A stretch of 64,000 nt of DNA from Pecten maximus (GCF_902652985.1 NC_047023.1:8866001-8930000); one strand, 5' to 3'. Shown: positions 23,833 to 35,872, numbered from the stretch's first letter. The notes: generated by a model not told the origin, from the letters alone. Numbers and translations are program-made.

Positions 23833-24819
23833 AATAATTATTATGAAAATATAGAGAAGCTTTAAGCTAGGTTAAATACTTTTTTGTTCATACTTTGTCT
23901 TTAAGTATAGAATATGTTTGTTCTCTAGAAGAGTTAAGAATATAATCAGTCAATTTTTGTATAAATTTTTTGTCTGCATTTCACCAGCCTCTTATAATGT
24001 CATCTTTTGAAAAGGAACAATGTCATGTAGACTGGCTAGTGCCTGCAGACATTGTTCTGAGGCCTCAGGGTGACAATGCCATCATAATGCAGACACAAAA
24101 CTTGTGATATTTATTCTCATACTACAACAGGATGAGAGGTACAGGCCATTCAAACCTTTTCACTGTTTTCCTGCGTCAATGCAGTGGTGCAGAAAGCCGA
24201 ATGAGGTATGTTTGGTGTTTGATGATCCCAATTGTTCTAATCAGACCGTCTGAAGGATCTGCCAAATCTATCATCCTACATCCAGCCCTCCACGGGGAGT
24301 CATTGTTTGTCTGTAAGGTAGAATCGACTTGTTGCCTATTTCATACAGGTTTCTGTAATCATGTCTGACTTGTGGTTTAAAGAGAACCGTTTTATGATCT
24401 TTTCATGTGTATTTTTCCTCACACCAATGGTTCCTGGTACATATACCTGGATACCAGATTTTGTCTGCATGGTCAACAAAATTTCTGCCAAGTCTGGATA
24501 TGATTTTCTCCAATTTTATTGTTTTGTTTTGTGCCTAATGCTTTTGGAAATGCGGAACACATACCACATCTTTTAAAGAGAGTTAATTGTTAATTAAATG
24601 ATCATTAATTTCTTGTCGCCTTTGAAATTTAGTTTGATCAACATACAACCACAGCAAACATTCTGATTGGCTGTTTGAAAGTTTACTTGCCAACCAATAT
24701 ATATGAGTGCACATTTTGTCCAGTCATATTCTCTATGATGTTTATATATGCCTGTCAAAATTTGGCAGGAATAAATTTGACAGGATTATTATAGAAATTA
24801 TAGAAATTATGTACTGAAC

Positions 24820-27800
24820 TTCTCTTCTTCCTTCTCTCTGTTCACCCTTTTCTCCCGTCATCCTTCTCTCTGTTCACCCTTCTCTCCGTTCACCCTTCTC
24901 TCCGTTCACCCTTCTCTCCGTTCACCCTTCTCTCCGTTCACCATTCTCTCCGTTCACCCTTCTCTCTGTTCACCCTTCTCTCCGTTCACCCTTCTCTCCG
25001 TTCACCATTCTCTCCATTCAGCCATCCCTCCATTCACTCTTCCCTCAGTTCACCCTTCTCTCCATTCACCCTCCTCTCCGTTCACCCTTTTCTCCATTCA
25101 CCCTTCTCTCTGTTCATCCTTTTCTCCGTTCACCCTTCTCTCCGTTCACCCTTCTCTCCATTCACCCTCCTCTCTGTTCACCCTTTTCTCCATTCACCCT
25201 TCTCTCCGTTCACCATTCTCTCCATTCACTCTTCCCTCAGTTCACCCTTCTCTCCATTCACCCTCCTCTCCGTTCACCCTTTTCTCCATTCACCCTTCTC
25301 TCTGTTCATCCTTCTCTCCGTTCACCCTTCTCTCCGTTCACCCTTCTCTCCATTCACCCTCCTCTCCGTTCACCCTTTTCTCCATTCACCCTTCTCTCAG
25401 TTCACCATTCTCTCCATTCACCTCCTCTCCGTTCACCCTTCTCTCCGTTCACCATTCTCTCCATTCACCCTTCTCTCTGTTCATCCTTCTCTCAGTTCAC
25501 CCTTCTCTCCGTTCACCCTTCTCTCCGTTCACCCTTCTCTCAGTTCACCATTCTCTCCATTCACCCTTCTCTCCGTTCACCCTTCTCTCTCCGTTCACCA
25601 TTCTCTCCGTTCACCCTTCTCTCTGTTCATCCTTCTCTCAGTTCACCCTTCTCTCCATTCACTCTTCCCTCAGTTCACCCTTCTCTCCATTCACCCTCCT
25701 CTCCATTCACCCTTCCCTCAGTTCACCCTTCTCTCCGTTCACCCTTCTCTCCGTTCACCCTTCTCTCAGTTCACCATTCTCTCCATTCACCCTTCTCTCC
25801 GTTCACCCTTCTCTCCGTTCACCATTCTCTCCGTTCACCCTTCTCTCCGTTCATCCTTCTCTCAGTTCACCCTTCTCTCCGTTCACCCTTCTCTCAGTTC
25901 ACCATTCTCTCCGTTCACCCTTCTCTCCGTTCACCCTTCTCTCCGTTCACCCTTCTCTCCGTTCACCCTTCTCTCCGTTCACCCTTCTCTCTGTTCATCC
26001 TTCTCTCAGTTCACCCTTCTCTCCATTCACTCTTCCCTCAGTTCACCCTTCTCTCCATTCACCCTCCTCTCCATTCACCCTTCCCTCAGTTCACCCTTCT
26101 CTCCGTTCACCCTTCTCTCCGTTCACCCTTCTCTCCGTTCACCCTTCTCTCAGTTCACCCCTCTCTCCGCTCACCCTCCTCTCCGTTCACCCTTCCCTCT
26201 GTTCACCCTTCTCTCAGTTCACCCTTCTCTCCGTTCACCCTTCTCTCCGTTCACCCTTCTCTCAGTTCACCCTTCTCTACGTTCACCCTTCTCTCCGTTC
26301 ACCCTTCCCTCAGTTCACCCTTCTCTCAGTTCACCCTTCTCTCAGTTCACCCTTCACTCCGTTCATCCTTCCCTCAGTTCATCCTTCCCTCAGTTCACCA
26401 TTATCTCTGTTCACCATTCTCTCTGTTCACCCTTCTCTCCGTTCACCCTTCACTCCGTTCATCCTTCCCTCAGTTCATCCTTCCCTCAGTTCACCATTAT
26501 CTCCGTTCACCCTTTTCGCTGTCCACCCTTCTCTCCATTCACCCTTCTCTCCGTTCACCATTCTCTCTGTTCATCCTTCTCTCCATTCATTCCTCTCTCT
26601 GTTCACCCTTCTCTCAGTTCACCCTTCTCTCCGTTCACCCTTCTCTCCATTCACCCTTCTCTCCGTTCACCCTTCTCTCCATTCATTCCTCTCTCTGTTC
26701 ACTCTTCTCTCCATTCACCCTTCTCTCCGTTCACCCTTTTCTCCATTCACCCTTCTCTCAGTTCACCATTCTCTCCATTCACCCTTCTCTCCGTTCACCC
26801 TTCTCTCCGTTCACCATTCTCTCTGTTCACCCTTCTCTCTGTTCATCCTTCTCTCAGTTCACCCTTCTCTCCGTTCACCCTTCTCTCCGTTCACCCTTCT
26901 CTCAGTTCACCATTCTCTCCATTCACCCTTCTCTCTGTTCACCCTTCTCTCCGTTCACCCTTCTCTCCGTTCATCCTTCTCTCAGTTCACCCTTCTCTCC
27001 ATTCACTCTTCCCTCAGTTCACCCTTCTCTCCATTCACCCTCCTCTCCATTCACCCTTCCCTCAGTTCACCCTTCTCTCCGTTCACCCTTCTCTCCGTTC
27101 ACCCTTCTCTCAGTTCACCATTCTCTCCATTCACCCTTCTCTCCGTTCACCCTTCTCTCCGTTCACCATTCTCTCCGTTCACCCTTCTCTCCGTTCATCC
27201 TTCTCTCTGTTCATCCTTCTCTCAGTTCACCCTTCTCTCCGTTCACCCTTCTCTCCGTTCACCCTTCTCTCAGTTCACCATTCTCTCCATTCACCCTTCT
27301 CTCCGTTCACCCTTCTCTCCGTTCACCATTCTCTCCGTTCACCCTTCTCTCTGTTCATCCTTCTCTCATTTCACCCTTCTCTCCATTCACTCTTCCCTCA
27401 GTTCACCCTTCTCTCCATTCACCCTCCTCTCCATTCACCCTTCCCTCAGTTCACCCTTCTCTCCGTTCACCCTTCTCTCCGTTCACCCTTCTCTCAGTTC
27501 ACCCCTCTCTCCGCTCACCCTCCTCTCCGTTCACCCTTCCCTCAGTTCACCCTTCTCTCAGTTCACCCTTCTCTCCGTTCACCCTTCTCTCCGTTCACCC
27601 TTCTCTCCGTTCACCCTTCTCTCAGTTCACCCTTCTCTCCGTTCACCCTTCTCTCCGTTCACTCTTCCCTCAGTTCACCCTTCTCTCAGTTCACCCTTCT
27701 CTCCGTTCACCCTTCACTCCGTTCATCCTTCCCTCAGTTCATCCTTCCCTCAGTTCACCATTATCTCTGTTCACCATTCTCTCTGTTCACCCTTCTCTCC

Positions 27801-28440
27801 GTTCACCCTTCACTCCGTTCATCCTTCCCTCAGTTCATCCTTCCCTCAGTTCACCATTATCTCCGTTCACCCTTTTCGCTGTCCACCCTTCTCTCCATTC
27901 ACCCTTCTCTCCGTTCACCATTCTCTCTGTTCATCCTTCTCTCCATTCATTCCTCTCTCTGTTCACCCTTCTCTCAGTTCACCCTTCTCTCCGTTCACCC
28001 TTCTCTCCATTCACCCTTCTCTCCGTTCACCCTTCTCTCCATTCATTCCTCTCTCTGTTCACTCTTCTCTCCATTCACCCTTCTCTCCATTCACCCTTCT
28101 CTCCGTTCACCCTTCTCTCCATTCACCCTTCTCTCCGTTCACCATTCTCTCCGTTCACCCTTCTCTCTGTTCACCCTTCTCTCAGTTCACCCTTCTCTCC
28201 GCTCACCCTCCTCTCCGTTCGCCCTTCTCTCTGTTCAACCTTCTCTATGTCACTCTTCTCTCTGTTCACCCCTCTCTCTGTTCACCATTCTCTCCATTCA
28301 GCCATCCCTCTGTTCACCCTTCTCTCCATTCACCCTTCTCTCCGCTCACCCTCCTCTCCGTTCGCCCTTCTCTCTGTTCACCCTTCTCTCTGTTCACCCT
28401 CCTCTCTGTTCACCATTCTCTCATTTCACCCTTCTCTCCT
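24820..28440. repeat. 16-bp pyrimidine-rich satellite (TTCACCCTTCTCTCCG), about 225 copies
   Basis: Direct tandem periodicity; extreme purine/pyrimidine strand asymmetry. Confidence 0.98.
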
Positions 28441-28485
28441 TAAAATAACCTTAGCTGTAGATAGGACATTAAACAATATTAAACC
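28437..28485 (+). mobile_element. Isolated SINE 3' tail abutting the 16-bp satellite
   Basis: tccttaaaataaccttagctgtagataggacattaaacaatattaaacc matches the tail of the SINEs at 13841, 33811 and 35694. Confidence 0.7.
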
Positions 28486-29767
28486 TTAACTCAAGCTCTA
28501 CTCATGGTTTGAGTTATAGGACAATTTGATTATCATTTAACGCGCAACTTTGTAAAGAATAGGGAGGTGGGATGCTATCTGGTATGTAGCATGCGTCCAA
28601 TTCGGGCATGCATGTTTTTGTGCATGTGCGTAAGACGTGTCCACGTGGAGCTTGTGTACATGATTTAAAGAATCACTGGACAATCAAGTTCTGTGTCACC
28701 TAAGAGGTCATCTCCCAAGGTTATGGTCAAAGGTCGCATTTAATGACCACTTTCAAGATAAAGCTTGTGTACTAGATCTCTTGTGAACCCCTGGATGAAT
28801 TCATGTTATTGAAGAGAGGTTGGGGGTATACCTATATGAAACCCCAGAAAAGTCCTCCCTTTCACTTTCCTATTATTTAATGTGGATGTACTAGTGTTTG
28901 CCGATGTTCTCAGATGTAGAACAGCTCTTAAGTATAGCTGAAACTGTGCTTAACCTGTTGTCACATGAGATATAGGCCAACTTAATTTGGGCTGTCTGCA
29001 CTGGAGGATTTCCCCATCATGTTTTCGAGCTGACATACAAGTTCTCTATATTTCATCACTATTTGATTTGCAGCTCCAAATTTTCTGTTTGCCATTTTTT
29101 GCTGACATGACAGTTTTCTGTTTTAGAACAATTTGATTTGCTGGTACGGATATAGAACCGTCATTTCTCACACACGGCAGTAATTTGCAATGAGGTTTCC
29201 CTGTAGTTTTTGTGGAACACTGTACGATAAACGAAGATCAACTAAGCCTTTCAAGTGTTGCTTAGGAAAAACAGGCTGTCAGCTTCAGAATCCTCTAGCT
29301 AGCTTGTATCATACTGGTAGTGTTTATCGTAAGTCCTGGAATTAACACCAAGGCTTGATATACTGGTAGTGCGCAGTCCGGGAATTACACTCGGGCGGCA
29401 GGTACTTCGTAACCAAACATCTTAAATCTTTGTTTTTGTAGTGTTTTACGAACACTTTATTGCAATATGGCTTTGTCGAGTAAACAATTGAACGTTTTCT
29501 TTGTTTGAAATTTTAATTAAATTTCTCGGGTCCTCGTTCTTTGTTCCTCATTTTTCTCATTAGATCGTGTTTGTTAATTAAGTTTATGTATATCACAATT
29601 ATGTCTGCTCTCACTGCCCTTTTACTAAATTAATTGGCTTATGATGGTTCTCTAACAGGTGCTTTCATCAACGTGGCAAATACTTCGTCAATTAAGTAAT
29701 TTATAATTTTTATAAATTGGCAATCAAAATTTTGGTGCATGGACATTAGAAATTGTATTGGTGATGG

Positions 29768-29802
29768 GTGTGTGTGTGTGTGTGTGTGGGGGGGGGGGGG
29801 GG
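29768..29802. repeat. (GT)n microsatellite running into a poly-G tract
   Basis: Directly visible. Confidence 0.95.
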
Positions 29803-29833
29803 TCAATGTAAAACGGACATGGCTTGTTGCTTT

Positions 29834-30839
29834 TGCAGAGAAGCTGGACTAGACTGAACTCAGATTAATTTGCAAGGTAGCTCAAATGGTTCAAGCTTCT
29901 GTCTAGATTTCAGGGGTCTTGGTCAGTCTGGTTGTTGCTTTTTGTGTCGCCTTTGAAAAAGGAGACATATAGGTATTACTTTTCGGCGGCGTCGGCGTCC
30001 GGAAAATGGTTTTCGTGCGATAACTTTAGTAGTTTAGAACGGATTAATTCGAAACTTCATGGGAAGGTTCATTACCATGATAGCTCGGACAAGTTCGATA
30101 ACCAAAATTATTCGCACCTTTTTAAAAGAGTTATAGCCCTTTAATTTTTTGCGAAAATGGTTTCCACACAATAACTTGAATAATTATTACAGGATTAATT
30201 TGAAACTTCATGGGAAGGTTCGTTACCATAATACTGTGGGACAAGTTCGTTAACCAAATTTATTCGCACCATTTTAAAAGAGTTATGGCCCTTTAATTTT
30301 TTGCGAAAATGGTTTCCACTCAATAACTTGAATAATTATTACTGGATTAATTTGAAACTGCATGGGAAGGTTCATTACCATAATACTGTGGACAAGTTCG
30401 TTAACCAAATTTATTCGGACCTTTTTAAAAGAGTAGCCCTTTAATTTTTTTTGCGAAAATAGAATGTTCGTTTCCATAATACTGTGGACAAGTTTGTTAT
30501 TGTTTTTTTTTTTATTCAAGTCCTAATTTTAAAGAGTTATGACCCTTTAATTATTCGCATACACAGGCGACACCTCCACTTCCGTGGAATTCTTGTTCCT
30601 TCTTTTATTACAGTTGCTACCTAACTAAAAAATACTCATGGAAGTGGTGATATAGGGTCTCGTGCGTGTCTTTAGGGTCGAAGACTTTGTTGAAGGAGGG
30701 AGGAATGTAGCAAACTGGACTAGCTAGGTTGAACGCTGGTGGGCAGGTAGCTAAAATGGTTAGAGTGGTCTGAGTATAAAGTTTGAGGTCCTGGGTTCGA
30801 GTCACAGTTTGGTCATTGTATTTTTCCTATCCTATTACA
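29834..30839 (+). mobile_element. Complete TRIM (miniature non-autonomous LTR retrotransposon) with tRNA-like LTRs; 5' LTR interrupted by a HINE
   Basis: 5' LTR TG(29834)...ATTACA(30612, split by the HINE); 93-bp internal region ending in PPT GAAGGAGGGAGGAA (30692-30705); 3' LTR TGTAGC(30706)...ATTACA(30839) with A box TAGCTAAAATGG and B box GGTTCGAGTC; 4-bp TSD CTTT at 29830-29833 and 30840-30843. Confidence 0.75.
29944..30595 (+). mobile_element. HINE/Helentron-type element with about 3.5 internal 150-152-bp tandem repeats, inserted in a T-run
   Basis: SubTIRs GTGTCGCCT (29944-29952) and AGGCGACAC (30565-30573); 5' stem-loop; CGGCG microsatellite; 3' hairpin TCCAC-ttcc-GTGGA; ends ATTCTTG|TT. 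Confidence 0.9.
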
Positions 30840-33810
30840 CTTTTAACTCATTATCAAGTAGAATTAATTAAACAGATATTAAATACTCAAATATTTTCTG
30901 GCCAACTGGTTTAATTGGCTATCAATTAAGGTGCATTGTATACAAATAGATTCTCCTGGAAAGTTCCAGAAAAAAAATACTTGCACTAAAGGGTAATATT
31001 TGTTCAGCCTCACAAGTTTAAAACTATGAAGCAAATTAAATTTCTCTTCAGTATAATTGTAGAACCTTGAATAAAAGCGTGATCTTCAGTTAAAGGCGAT
31101 TGCTTCCATAATTAAAGCCAATGTGTGCTAATGAATGGTTCCGAACAAATTGTCTGCTGACGATACGAAAACTGTAGGATAATCAACTTATCATTGTTTG
31201 TGATATTCAATTTACGATGACATATTCTTTTTTTCTATTTGTTGTTTGAAGATTGGTTCTTTGTAACTGAATTGTAGCAAATGTCAATGTGACCTTCACA
31301 AACTTGCTACACATACAGAGTACCGTTCTTTTATTGTTAGATGACAGCGACATGGCTCTTTACTCGACAAACTTCTAATGGTGACATTCTGAAGATCATA
31401 GCTAGGTGTAATGTCAGACTGTTTGTGTGAGTTAGACGTACAATGTTACATATCTTTATAACTTTGTCCATTTCTGTGACTTCGCTATTTTACTATAAGG
31501 TATCAAAAGTTAATAACGAATTGATGTTTAAAAATAACCAAAAAGCAAAAAAAACAAAGAAACGAACAGAAAAAACAACGAACGTAGAAAGACAACAATT
31601 TTATAGGTACACAATAAAATCCTGACTAAATAAAAATGTAAAGGGAAAGTTAAATTGATTTGGCAAAATGTCTTATTCTGCAAATAAGCTTCATGTTTGA
31701 AAAATGTAAAACAAAATGTGCAAAATGAACGGGTCTCCATTAAAAATTTTGTGTTGAATTTCAATTTTTGATGCCTTTTTCTTTTACCCAAAATGGACCC
31801 AGTAATGGTATTGTTTTATCAGGAAACATCTTGTGGTCTGTTTTCAAAAATAGCCTGACTGGAAGGCAGTGGTTTTCAGATTAATCGTCGAGTTCGTCCA
31901 GTATCATTTGTTTGAGGTGAAGGAAATCTATAATTGAGTTTTGTCAGAAATACCCAACAGTATGATAAAGGCAAGAATATATTAGCTGATTGGTATAACA
32001 TGTGAGAAAAACTTTTAACTGTTTGATTGTGTTTTTCACTTATATCATATAAAATACAAATGTCTAGATGACTGGAATGCATGGCGTAGTAAGCACTAGC
32101 GAAGGAATGTAAGAAATATTTAAATACCAAAGAAAGATGATGAAAAATTAATCTATTTTAATTGATCATCAATTGGATTGACAGAACTGATACAGGATCA
32201 CAGAATTTCAACCAATTTCTATTACTAAAGGAGAGTTTAGGTTCCATTCTGTATATGAAGAAGACTGACAGTTCAAAAGAGCAGACGACAAGATGAATCC
32301 ATCACTGTTAATTTCCTACTTCACAACAGATGTCTAAAGGGTATAAGATTGATTGAGAAATGTGCTAGAAATCAACTTAAGATCTTAATGGAGTGTACTG
32401 TTACGTAACTAATGATGGATAAAACATGGAATATAATTTGGTGTCTGTAGGTAGATTGTGGGGAGTCGAGCCATCAGCCAGGGAGTCACATTGATACAAT
32501 CACTCCTATCCTAACACCCAACTTGATGGAACCTTGCTGTGTGATCCATTGATGCTTAACTCCAAACCAGGATCATCTATCTGTTAAAAACGTTTATCTA
32601 ACACAGAACATTTTATGCCCAAATCTCAATAAATACTGAACACTGTTGATGATCGAATCTCAATGATCTCATGCTAGGCACAACCTCTTGAAATCTAAAC
32701 AAAAAAAAATCAGCTAACGAGTTTTATCAGTGGGAAGCCAAGAGTCGACTGTTTTGGTAATGATGGCGGACAAGATGCACACCAGATGTCCGGGGAGGAG
32801 AAGGCTACATTGTAGCTTTATGGTAATAACCTGGTTATCTCCCTTTGTTTATCTGGGGGAGTTGTTTTACCAGGACGGTAACAGGATAAAGGAAGGTCAT
32901 GCTGAGACCTTATAAAAATATATATTTCACCGTTGATGGAAAAAAAATTCTCTCTTTACAAAATTATGATGAGCTTCCATTCATTGGAACAGTACACCAA
33001 AAAACGAAAACATCATGTTACCATTTTGTATGTAAAAATGTTATATATTTTTTTTCGTTTGCACTTTAGTGTATGAAAATAAGGTTGACTTTGCAGGGTG
33101 TTTGGCGAACTCTCTCAATGTATATCCTTGAAGGTCAAAATGTAGCATTACGTAGATACTGCATGCCAGCGATCTGACGAGATAATTCTGCCAAAAGATA
33201 GTGTCAGGTTGACAAGATCTTGTGTCCCCTGTTGGGGTTTTGAGAGTGATTAAATAAACGAGGGTGTGACACGTGTGTTTGTGTATGTATGGGTGGGTGT
33301 GGCTGCACTTTGGCACTCGCTATCTTTAATTATGGTGGAAAAATTTCAGCTATTCCACTATAGCAGTATAAAGATGCATTGGTATGCAATTATTGTTCAA
33401 CATCAAGAAGCATTTCTTGTAATTGCATGGAAACCACTGGATTCATCTGCAGATGAAGAAATCATAAACATAATAGACTTGTTTACCCTGGTTACCAGAT
33501 ATATATCAAGTTTTGTACCAAATATCGCAAGTCAGTCATCTGTTGTTTGTAGTGGTTGTCAATTATAGAATTTAATGCATTAATCAATAAGATTTGATAA
33601 TTTAATTAGAATTTAAATATTTTTTCCCGTATGAATTAGCTGTTGTGTTAGTTTTATAAATTGAAATTGATGAGGTGCTGCAGCAGTGTTGTGTTAATAG
33701 ATTAGAAATGAAAGTAACTGGATCTCCCATGGAAACTCCTTTGTCACTTTGACCCCTGTGTGAGAATGAACAGGTCTTCATTTTAAATTTTGTGTTTAAT
33801 TTGAATTTTT

Positions 33811-34032
33811 GCCTCGGTGGCCGAGTGGTTAAGGTGTCCCGACACTTTATCACTAGCCCTCCACCTCTGGGTTTTGAGTTCGAAACCCACATGGAGCAGT
33901 TGCCAGGTACTGACCGTAGGCCGGTGGTTTACTCCGGGTACTCCGGCTTTCCTCCACCTCCAAAACCTGGCACGTCCTTAAATGACCCTGCATGGCTGTT
34001 AATAGGACGTTAAACACAATAAACCAAAACCA
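33811..34032 (+). mobile_element. Full-length tRNA-derived V-domain SINE
   Basis: A box GGTGGCCGAGTGGTTAAGG, B box GAGTTCGAAAC, V core GGTGGTTTACTCCGGGTACTCCGGCTTTCCTCCAC, tail GTCCTTAAATGACC...GCTGTTAATAGGACGTTAAAC...AAACC. Confidence 0.9.
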
Positions 34033-34701
34033 GGATGGATAACATTATTATTTCACTCAGGAAAACGTATACGGTTTAATCCTGAACATCTTGTGGCCTC
34101 TTTTTCAATTAGAAAACAAAATGAATTGTGATATCAATATTTTGTATAGAAATAGTAGCATAATGTTAATCATAACAAGTGTTAATAAGGGAATCCGCAC
34201 CAAACTGTTAACTAACTCTTCAGCTGGAATAAATTAATTAAGGGCTGACAGAATCAAAGGGGTATGACCTTATACCCACATTCAAAGGGTGAAAATATAT
34301 TGAATTGAAATGTACATTTCAAGGAATTTGTTTGAAATGATCTGTTGACCTTGAGCAAGAAACTTTAAATAGCTTAATGGAATAAAAGGGAAACTTAATA
34401 TTGAAATAATAGAGAGTTGAAGGTCACAAGGATCATAAGTTAATGTCCTTAACAACTTGTAAAAATCCCTGAGGAGTATATATGTGATATTGAACTGTAA
34501 TAAACTCACTGGTATGAAGGACTATCTAGTTGATAAAGTGATCTATTAGAGATTACTCTCAACAATTGTTATTGCACGTGGTCAAACTTTCATTAAAGAA
34601 GAAAGAAAAAATTAAGACAAATTTTTTCAAATGTTGTTCGGTAATGAATTTATCCTATCCTGAAAATAAAAATTTGAAGGGCAGTCACAAAAAAATATAT
34701 G

Positions 34702-34839
34702 TGTAGCAGAACTGTACTCAGGCTACTGGGCTGAACTGCAGTGACCAGGTGGCTTAATGGTCAGAACGTCCGTCTAGAGTTCTAGAGGTCCAGGGTTCGA
34801 GTCCTGGTTTGGTTGTTACATTTTTCCTCTCCCATTACA
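34702..34839 (+). mobile_element. Solo LTR of the tRNA-bearing TRIM family
   Basis: TGTAGC...ATTACA termini, A box TGGCTTAATGG, B box GGTTCGAGTCC, collinear with 30706-30839; flanks TATG/TATT (3 of 4 TSD match). Confidence 0.75.
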
Positions 34840-35693
34840 TATTTGCACAACAATTTTCTGATTCATAACTGACTTCCAGTTAAGTAATCGGGCACCATCG
34901 GTTAAATTCCGTTGTATAATTAGAAGCTGGAATGTTTACAATTTTTGAAAGTTTTCATGACTGCCAAAATCACACCTGCAAATAATTAAACACTTAATTT
35001 CTCAAGTATTTCAAGGCATGTCTATTTGAATGTGATGCACAATAGGTTTTTCGACAATTTAAGTGGCGTTTATTCCTGTTTTATTTTTGTGTACAAGCCA
35101 AGGAAATGGCTGCTGATGAAGCCCGACATTGATACGGCACGGCACAGGCACCTGTTCCGGGATCTGTTCTGGGATCGCTACAGGACATTTGAAAGGAGAA
35201 ACACATGCAGTTGGCATCAGAGTATATGATTTGTATGTCTTGGTATTTATACATGATTGCCAAACCTTCATCTGTTACAGGAAGTTCAGTCAAGTGGAAT
35301 ATTGAGCTTTTCTGCATATGCTGCCACAGAAATGTAAAGGATAATCCAATCTTCTGGTAATCGTTTGTCTAATGGATGTATATTCTCATAAAAGCCAAAA
35401 CAAAATGTTGCTTATGAATGTATGAGTTGGCAAGGATAGAAATATTCTCTACGTCAGCCAGCAGGTCAGATCAGTACTATTGATATGATGTGCCTTGATA
35501 TTTGATGTTATATTACTCTCGGCATCTCTGTTTGGCAGAAATTAGTAAATTTTTTGTTTCTAGCTCTCTCCAAGTATTTTACAGTAGAGATTACAATATC
35601 ATCTGTTGGGTTGTGCATACTTATAATATTTTAAGGAGTCGTTTTCTGAATATATTTTTCTAACATCTTCAATGAAATAACAGCAGAGTATCA

Positions 35694-35872
35694 TTTGGTC
35701 TGGTTTGGTTTTGTTTGGTTTATTTTGGTTTATTTTGTTTAACATCCTATTAACAGCTAAGGTCATTTAAGGACAGCCTCCCGTGCATGCGACATGCATG
35801 TGTGTGTTGAGTGCGTATGTGTTTTGGGAGGTTGCGGTATGTTCGTGTTAAGTCTCCTTGTGATAGGCCGGA
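35694..35872 (-). mobile_element. 3' fragment of the MD-type SINE (same family as 13841-14170)
   Basis: Near-identical to about 13841-14002, including the (AAACC)n tail. Confidence 0.9.

Noticed and set aside
33811-33890. Possible tRNA genes here and at 5400-5468, 30741-30815, 34743-34812 and 39065-39135
   Set aside because: A/B boxes are present but acceptor and anticodon stems do not pair properly; each is embedded in a SINE or LTR structure
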